From the IMG/VR virus record IMGVR_UViG_3300021197_000501, positions 1 through 35,987 of that record: a stretch of 35,987 bases of DNA. One strand, 5' to 3'. Below, piece after piece: positions 27,673-33,403 of the stretch. The stretch comes from a virus (taxonomy: Duplodnaviria > Caudoviricetes). A program made the translations under genes and the position numbers. The notes beneath the pieces were generated by a model, which had not been told where the DNA came from, searched no databases, and was given only the letters and a program-made list of their open reading frames with translations. Within the stretch, counting starts at the first letter, position 1, and every line of letters starts with the position of its first letter.

Positions 27673-28105
27673 GTACAGACTCCACTTTATTAGATATTGA
27701 ATAAATCTCTTTTGTTGGGATAAGATAACACCGCTTTGATTTAGTATCCCCTTTTCCTGTGATCACTCGCTGCGTGTATCCTTTTTCTAAAATTAAATCT
27801 TTAATGCGAGTAGGCTTTACCCATATTAAATTAAGGTTATCAAAAAAACACCATATATCCGCTTCTGTAGATAATAAAGCAGATGGTTTACCATACATAT
27901 ACACTTCCACTAGGAAATTCTGTGTATGTTGTGATTGTATATCGGACTTAACCTCAATCCTGGTGTTTGTTGAAGGACTATATATATCAAATTGCTTAAA
28001 CTTACCCTTAATAATAAGAGCAAAAGGATCAGACTCTCTGACCCTATTTAAGACAATCTCTTCTACTCTTTTTCCTAGTTCTAGTGCTTTCTTAAAGTTT
28101 GGCAT
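27644..28105 (-). CDS. PD-(D/E)XK-fold nuclease-like phage protein
   Basis: G...E..V....FDI......IEVKSD.....T.N..VE....KPS.L..T.AD.W. Confidence 0.7.
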   Translation of the reverse strand: MPNFKKALELGKRVEEIVLNRVRESDPFALIIKGKFKQFDIYSPSTNTRIEVKSDIQSQHTQNFLVEVYMYGKPSALLSTEADIWCFFDNLNLIWVKPTRIKDLILEKGYTQRVITGKGDTKSKRCYLIPTKEIYSISNKVESVHEKERIKTI

Positions 28106-28114
28106 TGTATGTGG

Positions 28115-28369
28115 TTAGTTAATTACAGATTCAGGGTTATTGACTACGCAATCACATGGTTCAAAATACTCCGCAGTATCTGTGTAATATCCGCAATCCA
28201 CGACTTCACTATGTACGAAACCACCTTGCCCTTTACAATCTGTACAATCAACATCGGACTTTCCAATGCAATAGTACATCTGCTCATCAGAGGTGAGTTC
28301 ATCAAACTGGATAGGGCGAACTTTCGCTCGCCCATCGCAGACCATAGTGGTTTTAGAAGGGTAAGTCAT
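28115..28369 (-). CDS. Small Cys-rich (DnaJ-type CxxCxGxG) protein
   Basis: CTDCKGQGG...PCDC; probable start MTYP overlapping the SSB 3' end (track start 28405). Confidence 0.55.
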   Translation of the reverse strand: MTYPSKTTMVCDGRAKVRPIQFDELTSDEQMYYCIGKSDVDCTDCKGQGGFVHSEVVDCGYYTDTAEYFEPCDCVVNNPESVIN

Positions 28370-28574
28370 CTTCCTTCTTCTCTTGACCTTGAGGTTTGAA
28401 GTCACTTACTTTCAAACTAAGGTACTTATCACCCTTCTTTGATTGGTTTGACCAGGCAGATAAACTATAATCTTTACCATTAATGTTTACCTTACCTGTC
28501 ATGTGAGGATGCTTCTCGGTTTTACGCTCTTTAGCAGTAAATAAAGCACCTTTGTTAGTGTTGTCATAAGCCAT
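28353..28574 (-). CDS. Small single-stranded DNA-binding protein (DUF736-like)
   Basis: N.GALF....K...HP...G...I.G..Y..SAW......G.KYLSL.V plus the acidic DDLPF tail typical of SSBs. Confidence 0.75.
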   Translation of the reverse strand: MAYDNTNKGALFTAKERKTEKHPHMTGKVNINGKDYSLSAWSNQSKKGDKYLSLKVSDFKPQGQEKKEDDLPF

Positions 28575-29467
28575 TACTTAGACTCCTTTTTAGTTTCCTG
28601 TTCTTCTTCTTCTATTAAGCTAAAGGTCGTTGGTAAATCTTTCGGAAAGGACGGAACAGGATAATTATGTACCCAATCCGAGACTTCCACAACCTTTTTC
28701 CAAGTTTGTTTATCTGTTTTATACTTCTTTAATGTATAATTAGGTTTCTTTCTCCAACCCGATTTTAAATATAAACAGGCGATCCCGTCAATCTTTAAAT
28801 CAGGGAATAAAGATTCAAATAAAATCTGATAAGAAGTAAGTTGAAGTTGATGTGTTTGATAAGCATTACCTGTCTTAAAATCAATCAACCATCTCTCTTC
28901 TTTTCCTTTCTTATTGACAAGCCTAACTACCCAATCCGCAGTTCCCGCCCACGGATGTAATTGATTTCCTTCATTATCGCAAGCTAGGTCAAACATACAT
29001 ATTTCTAATGCTTCTGTAATAAAATCTCCGTTTACTCTTGCATCATCACAGAATTGTTTAAAAGACATAATGTATTTAATAATCTCCCTAGAGATAGGGA
29101 TCATTTTATCTGAATCTCTATCGTACCATGTTGGTTGCTGCTCCAGGTCAATCTTTTGTCCAAGCAGTAGTCGTTCACAGAAGTCATGTACGATTGTACC
29201 AATAACCGCACGTTTATTCGCATAATCCATAGCATCTTCATACGAGTTAGCATTGCCTAACCATCTACGAAACCCCATACCTTTATCTAATGCATCTTCA
29301 AAAGTAGTAGACGATCTTTTATATATTTTAGGTACTCCTTCCCCAAAGTTTTCTTCCCAATACTTATCTAATGGTGTATACCATCTTCCATTATTTAAGT
29401 CATGTCTTTCTACAGGGATCGGGGTTTGTAGCAGTTCTTCCATATTACACCTCTGTGTCTGGCGCAA
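28574..29467 (-). CDS. Cas4-like / PD-(D/E)XK exonuclease (recombination)
   Basis: R.Y...S.TT, A..GT.VH..CE, AGTAD, LIDFKTG, QL..Y motifs; true start may be MEELL (29443). Confidence 0.8.
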   Translation of the reverse strand: MRQTQRCNMEELLQTPIPVERHDLNNGRWYTPLDKYWEENFGEGVPKIYKRSSTTFEDALDKGMGFRRWLGNANSYEDAMDYANKRAVIGTIVHDFCERLLLGQKIDLEQQPTWYDRDSDKMIPISREIIKYIMSFKQFCDDARVNGDFITEALEICMFDLACDNEGNQLHPWAGTADWVVRLVNKKGKEERWLIDFKTGNAYQTHQLQLTSYQILFESLFPDLKIDGIACLYLKSGWRKKPNYTLKKYKTDKQTWKKVVEVSDWVHNYPVPSFPKDLPTTFSLIEEEEQETKKESK

Positions 29468-29651
29468 TGTTTGTAGTATAACCTTTCTTCTCTACAAGTT
29501 CACCGCGCTCGTTATTTTCTTTATACTTATCAAATCGGACTCGGACACTACCAATGCCAACATCTAATATTGTACCCCATTTATTTAATTCGGGGTCTAG
29601 TCTATTGCTAAGGCAGAATCGTTGACCTACCGCTAGTTTCTTTAATTTCAT
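29445..29651 (-). CDS. Hypothetical protein (small beta-rich)
   Basis: 68 aa, ATGA-coupled to the upstream HTH gene. Confidence 0.65.
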   Translation of the reverse strand: MKLKKLAVGQRFCLSNRLDPELNKWGTILDVGIGSVRVRFDKYKENNERGELVEKKGYTTNIAPDTEV

Positions 29652-29800
29652 TGCGAGATCAAGTCCTTTACTTCATATCGTTTTGTCCTATACCCTAAGT
29701 TCACTTCTTTGATCTTACCAGCTTTCGCCCATGCCCTTATAGTATAAGTAGAAACTTTGAAGTATTCTGATGCTTCTTTTGTCGTAAGCAGTTTGTTCAT
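29648..29800 (-). CDS. Excisionase/MerR-like HTH DNA-binding protein (50 aa)
   Basis: Manual translation MNKLLTTKEASEYFKVSTYTIRAWAKAGKIKEVNLGYRTKRYEVKDLISQ; matches the LLT..EA...L.VS..TI..W...G.I pattern. Confidence 0.85.
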   Translation of the reverse strand: MNKLLTTKEASEYFKVSTYTIRAWAKAGKIKEVNLGYRTKRYEVKDLISQ

Positions 29801-29859
29801 CTTCTATTCCTATCTGTTTATTAATTAAAATAATGATTTATCGATATAAATCTTATACG

Positions 29860-29888
29860 AACTTATATCAACGCATCAATAGATGCAA
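29860..29888 (-). promoter_or_regulatory. Sigma70-like promoter for the replication operon
   Basis: TTGCAT-N17-TAAGTT, overlapped by the palindrome GCATC-N4-GATGC (29873..29886). Confidence 0.5.
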
Positions 29889-29925
29889 GAAGAATCTACA
29901 AATATATTATTATTGTTGGAAGAAA

Positions 29926-30420
29926 CTAGAGAGTTTTGTTGTACTTCTCGATGAACTCGCTTGCTTTTCCTTTTCCGAGGTGTGTATTATAATGATCTTT
30001 CCAGTAATTTGCCATACCTTCAACACTACTTGGTATTGCTTTAGGAACTCTGCGATACTTTAGTCTGCACATTATAATAGCATATGCTATATTATATTCT
30101 AAAAGTTCTGCTATATCTTCCTCTTTTGCAGTAGGAAGAAATGCAGTTGAATGGACTTGCGCTATATCAACGCAGTTCCACATCAATCTTTGTCTATACT
30201 TTAAATAATTCTCCAGGGTGTCTTTTGCGCCTGTCATTCCTGGTTCAATCTGCCACCAGCTTCGCGCTACCCCGTTATTCCATTGTCTTAAATAGTCGTA
30301 GTTAGATTCAATTAAACCAGTTCCAAATACTAGATTCTCCGCTTCCTCGGAGTACATCTCCATCTTCTTTAAGATGGTAGAGATCATTTGTCGTATTTGT
30401 TTTTGTTTTCTTTTGTTCAT
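29926..30420 (-). CDS. Putative endolysin (lysozyme/transglycosylase-like fold)
   Basis: LV.GT...ES....L.Q...G.A....Q.EP (candidate catalytic Glu), RL.Y.R.P..IP, A.YWK..YNT..GKG motifs; located after a run of membrane-protein genes. Confidence 0.7.
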   Translation of the reverse strand: MNKRKQKQIRQMISTILKKMEMYSEEAENLVFGTGLIESNYDYLRQWNNGVARSWWQIEPGMTGAKDTLENYLKYRQRLMWNCVDIAQVHSTAFLPTAKEEDIAELLEYNIAYAIIMCRLKYRRVPKAIPSSVEGMANYWKDHYNTHLGKGKASEFIEKYNKTL

Positions 30421-30571
30421 ATTGAGTAACCTTATATTCTACTTTGTATATATAGCCATCTATTACTTCTAACGCTGTTCTTTCCTGGACTACTATTCCC
30501 TTATCCCAGACTAAATAAAGAACCGCAACTAATCCAAGGGAACATAATATATACGATGTTAAGTTCTTCAT
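30308..30571 (-). CDS. Membrane-anchored hypothetical protein
   Basis: N-terminal TM segment YILCSLGLVAVLYLVW; 3' end overlaps the lysin 5' region. Confidence 0.55.
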   Translation of the reverse strand: MKNLTSYILCSLGLVAVLYLVWDKGIVVQERTALEVIDGYIYKVEYKVTQYEQKKTKTNTTNDLYHLKEDGDVLRGSGESSIWNWFN

Positions 30572-30578
30572 TATGAGA

Positions 30579-30607
30579 AAGTTACTATAGAATTTTTATT
30601 AACTCAA
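30579..30607 (-). promoter_or_regulatory. Sigma70-like promoter, probably leaderless
   Basis: TTGAGT-N17-TAACTT, 7 nt upstream of ATG 30571; no SD. Confidence 0.4.
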
Positions 30608-30611
30608 GTAA

Positions 30612-30761
30612 TTATAAATCAGATACAAATACTTTTATTTTAGCTACAATTTTATCATCTTCTTTAGATGGTGTTACCTTTGCTATCAATTCTAACACCT
30701 TTATAATAAAGCCTTTAACTCCGTGCTTTTTTACCTGACCCTTTATATATCTTTTGATCAT
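30612..30761 (-). CDS. Small protein with TPSKEDD motif (49 aa)
   Basis: Manual translation MIKRYIKGQVKKHGVKGFIIKVLELIAKVTPSKEDDKIVAKIKVFVSDL; AAGGA RBS. Confidence 0.65.
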   Translation of the reverse strand: MIKRYIKGQVKKHGVKGFIIKVLELIAKVTPSKEDDKIVAKIKVFVSDL

Positions 30762-30910
30762 TTCTTATTTCCTTTTACAATTTTTGTTAAACCTTCTATG
30801 ACTACATCCAATAAAATATCATCTTTTTCACTTGGAGACATCTTTACAATTTTCTCTAATATCATAAATCCAAGTAGCACCCATTCCCAATTCAATGTTA
30901 ACCATTCCAT
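30758..30910 (-). CDS. Small holin-like membrane protein with SPSEKDD motif (50 aa)
   Basis: Manual translation MEWLTLNWEWVLLGFMILEKIVKMSPSEKDDILLDVVIEGLTKIVKGNKK. Confidence 0.65.
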   Translation of the reverse strand: MEWLTLNWEWVLLGFMILEKIVKMSPSEKDDILLDVVIEGLTKIVKGNKK

Positions 30911-30911
30911 A

Positions 30912-31094
30912 TTATTTTCCTACCTTTTTCATTGCTATTTTATGAGACTCTGTAAATGTTTTGCCACCTCGCATCGCACTTACCATAGATCGAATGTGCT
31001 TTGCAGTATGATGTCTACCATGTTTTTTGATCGCGGTTGCTTGCCTGGTATTCAACCCTGACAAAGAAACACCTTTCATCATTTTAATAGCCAT
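30912..31094 (-). CDS. Small basic His-rich protein
   Basis: 60 aa, L..RQ....K.H..HHT.KH...M...M..G.TF...H..A.K.VG. Confidence 0.7.
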   Translation of the reverse strand: MAIKMMKGVSLSGLNTRQATAIKKHGRHHTAKHIRSMVSAMRGGKTFTESHKIAMKKVGK

Positions 31095-31176
31095 ATTTCT
31101 TCATCTTCTTTTTAGTGGTTTTCTTTTTCATAGGTTTCTTCTTCATTTTCTTTTTTGTTTTGCTATGATAGGGCAT
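31084..31176 (-). CDS. Lysine-rich 30-aa peptide
   Basis: Manual translation MPYHSKTKKKMKKKPMKKKTTKKKMKKYGY; AAGGAG RBS and TAATG coupling. Confidence 0.65.
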   Translation of the reverse strand: MPYHSKTKKKMKKKPMKKKTTKKKMKKYGY

Positions 31177-31568
31177 TATTTTTTTCTCCTTACTTTACTT
31201 GCTATTGACTTACTATACTTTGCTCTTGGCTTCCCTTTGGCTGATGCAGCTTTCTTTCTGCGATTCGTTGCTGACTTTTGAGAAGGACTTAAACTTTTTC
31301 TTACGGATTCAGGCAAGTATCTTCCGCGCTTCTTCTTTGGCTTCTTCTTGTCTCCTTTACTGACATAATCCCATTTCTCTTTAGACCATTTAGATAGCTT
31401 GTTCTTTGAAGACTTTTTACCAGAATATGTTCCGCCCATATCCTTATAATATTTAACTGCTAACTGCATTGCACGGGCAGAGTGTTTACCACCCATCTTT
31501 GCTTTTGCTTTTGCTTTTGCTCTTGCCCATTTAACAGGACTACGTTTCTTGGCAGTAGCCATTACCAC
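31176..31568 (-). CDS. Highly basic phage protein (DUF5872-like)
   Basis: W...K.......G.HSARA.QL....YK..GG.Y...L.KW.KE.W...RYLP motif. Confidence 0.75.
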   Translation of the reverse strand: MVMATAKKRSPVKWARAKAKAKAKMGGKHSARAMQLAVKYYKDMGGTYSGKKSSKNKLSKWSKEKWDYVSKGDKKKPKKKRGRYLPESVRKSLSPSQKSATNRRKKAASAKGKPRAKYSKSIASKVRRKK

Positions 31569-31846
31569 TTAACCTTATCTGCCCAATATGCTGCGGACAT
31601 TTTACCTTTCTTAATATTTCTTCTATGTCTCGCTTTAAATGATTTACGCTTTGCTTTCATCCTGGCAGACTCACCTTTCTTTGGTTTACCCGCAGTAGAA
31701 GCTCCTTGTTCACCGAATCGAATTGTTTTTATTTTGTCACCTTCTTTCGCAACAACAACATGAGATTTTTTAGGATGTCCTGGAGTTCTCTTCGGTTTGT
31801 TGAATCCAGCCACCCCCGCTCTTTTTAATCTTGGGTCTTTAGCCAT
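31562..31846 (-). CDS. Highly basic conserved phage protein
   Basis: NKPKRTP.HP.KSH.V.AK.G...K.IRFG.QG...R.SF.ARH...SAAYWA..VKW. Confidence 0.8.
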   Translation of the reverse strand: MAKDPRLKRAGVAGFNKPKRTPGHPKKSHVVVAKEGDKIKTIRFGEQGASTAGKPKKGESARMKAKRKSFKARHRRNIKKGKMSAAYWADKVKW

Positions 31847-31985
31847 TTTTAATGTTCCTTATCTTATAATATAGATATATAATGTTCATAACTGCAATAG
31901 CAATACCTAATATATATGGCAGTAAGTCCATAAAAACAATAGCCATACTTCCAAAACTTCCCCCAGATACTTTTAAACTATCCAC
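31839..31985 (-). CDS. Small membrane protein, holin-like (48 aa)
   Basis: Manual translation from GTG: MDSLKVSGGSFGSMAIVFMDLLPYILGIAIAVMNIIYLYYKIRNIKNG; GGGAG upstream. Confidence 0.6.
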   Translation of the reverse strand: MDSLKVSGGSFGSMAIVFMDLLPYILGIAIAVMNIIYLYYKIRNIKNG

Positions 31986-32292
31986 GACCACTCCCATTTA
32001 TTCTACCAGATAGGTAGCTAATTTTATCACTCATGTCATTTACCTCTTTCATTAAATCTTCATTTCGCCTGTCTCTTGTATCATCGGATTTGTTCCAACG
32101 ATCCACTAATTTTATGAGAATACCCTCCATGTTCTGTAGAGTTTCCGATTGACCTTTATTCTCTACTTTTAAATTCTCTAAAGTTTCTTGTTGCTTTGTT
32201 GATTTCTGCGATAGTGATATTACCAGGTATACGAACATTACCCCTACAATGCCTATCATCCCCGCTTCTGAATAGACCGCCATAAAATCCAT
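31978..32292 (-). CDS. Single-TM plus coiled-coil protein (BhlA-type holin-like)
   Basis: GMIGIVGVMFVYLVI TM then coiled coil; likely start MDFMAV at 32292 (GGAG upstream, TAATG coupling). Confidence 0.6.
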   Translation of the reverse strand: MDFMAVYSEAGMIGIVGVMFVYLVISLSQKSTKQQETLENLKVENKGQSETLQNMEGILIKLVDRWNKSDDTRDRRNEDLMKEVNDMSDKISYLSGRINGSGRG

Positions 32293-32612
32293 TACTTTCT
32301 CCGCTTTTTTCCCCAACTCATTGGATTGAGGTTTATTTCTTTTTCATAAAACTTTACTTTTTCTGCCAACTCTTCTCGCTCAATCCGTTCTTCCACGATA
32401 TGTTTATCAAGTAAGTCCCCAATGCGTTGATCTGCATCAGCAAAGCTATCTTCAAGCATTGCCAATCGAGTCTCGATCCTATAGTAACTATACACGAGAG
32501 TGCCAACAAGAATAAGAATCTGCCCAAGCCAACGGATATTGATACTGAGAACAGCGTTATCATCCACAACAGTACCTCTGTAGCTTCTAGCGGTTTTGAG
32601 ATTCTCACTCAT
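32292..32612 (-). CDS. Single-TM plus coiled-coil membrane protein
   Basis: WLGQILILVGTLVYSYY TM followed by heptads; AAGGA RBS. Confidence 0.65.
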   Translation of the reverse strand: MSENLKTARSYRGTVVDDNAVLSINIRWLGQILILVGTLVYSYYRIETRLAMLEDSFADADQRIGDLLDKHIVEERIEREELAEKVKFYEKEINLNPMSWGKKRRK

Positions 32613-32847
32613 GTTCCTTAACAGATTCCCATTGATTGTGTGTAAAGCACCAGTTGTCTGAATTAATTCTTACCTTGTCTGCATAAAAATGTGATGTAGA
32701 ATCTTGATCCATGACTTCTAAAAATGTATACATAGAATCTTCTGGACTCAATTCAAAACTACCAACTGACCAACCACTTGTGCAGCTACTTAACATAAGT
32801 ATACTGAACAGGGATATTATAACTTGTATCAACTTCAAAATCTCCAT
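32605..32847 (-). CDS. Putative lipoprotein
   Basis: Hydrophobic signal ending in lipobox-like LSSC; start uncertain. Confidence 0.55.
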   Translation of the reverse strand: MEILKLIQVIISLFSILMLSSCTSGWSVGSFELSPEDSMYTFLEVMDQDSTSHFYADKVRINSDNWCFTHNQWESVKEHE

Positions 32848-32867
32848 TCTTTAATTTTTTAATAGTT

Positions 32868-33395
32868 TTATTCACCAACTTCCCATGCTGATGAATCTTC
32901 AATGTAGGCTTTAACTTCTTCATTTGTGTATGCCTCAACTCCACTTGGTAATGCATTTAATTCTGCCAATGTCCAATCACCTTTTATCACAAATTCTGAA
33001 TCATCTGCACTAATTCTTTGAGCAAAGTAGTGAGGATGTCTGGCAATAAGATCAGATACTTTCGCCTCGTGATCTGTAGTCTCATCTACTACTTGTTCCA
33101 TGTAAGTATAAGACTCACTTACTGTTGGATGTCCATTCTCTAAAATATGCTCTCCTATGGCGTGAATTAGGTCTGCCTTTGTTCCACTTCCACTTATGGA
33201 ATGTGTGGTCATAAAGGATTGAATATCAGCCTTTAAATCATCTTCTGTTGGTAGTTCTACCATTACATCACGAGTACCAGATTTCTCTACTTCTTTATAA
33301 GTAAATGTCTGCCAATCATAACGATCTGTAATGCGTAAACCTAATCCTTGTGATGTGTTCGGTATCTTTAAATAATGTGTATATTGCCCTTTCAT
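32868..33395 (-). CDS. Acidic hypothetical protein with internal SAP/HeH-like motif
   Basis: LKADIQSFMTTHSISGSGTKADLIHAI; AAGGA RBS; directly after the fibre gene. Confidence 0.7.
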   Translation of the reverse strand: MKGQYTHYLKIPNTSQGLGLRITDRYDWQTFTYKEVEKSGTRDVMVELPTEDDLKADIQSFMTTHSISGSGTKADLIHAIGEHILENGHPTVSESYTYMEQVVDETTDHEAKVSDLIARHPHYFAQRISADDSEFVIKGDWTLAELNALPSGVEAYTNEEVKAYIEDSSAWEVGE

Positions 33396-33403
33396 ATTAA
33401 TCC

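Noticed and set aside
32354-32608. Embedded Rz1-like o-spanin in the +1 frame (FLFLLALSC)
   Set aside because: The hydrophobic run overlaps the host gene's TM-coding T-rich codons, the lipobox is non-canonical, there is no convincing start or RBS, and it lies in the 5' half unlike Rz1.
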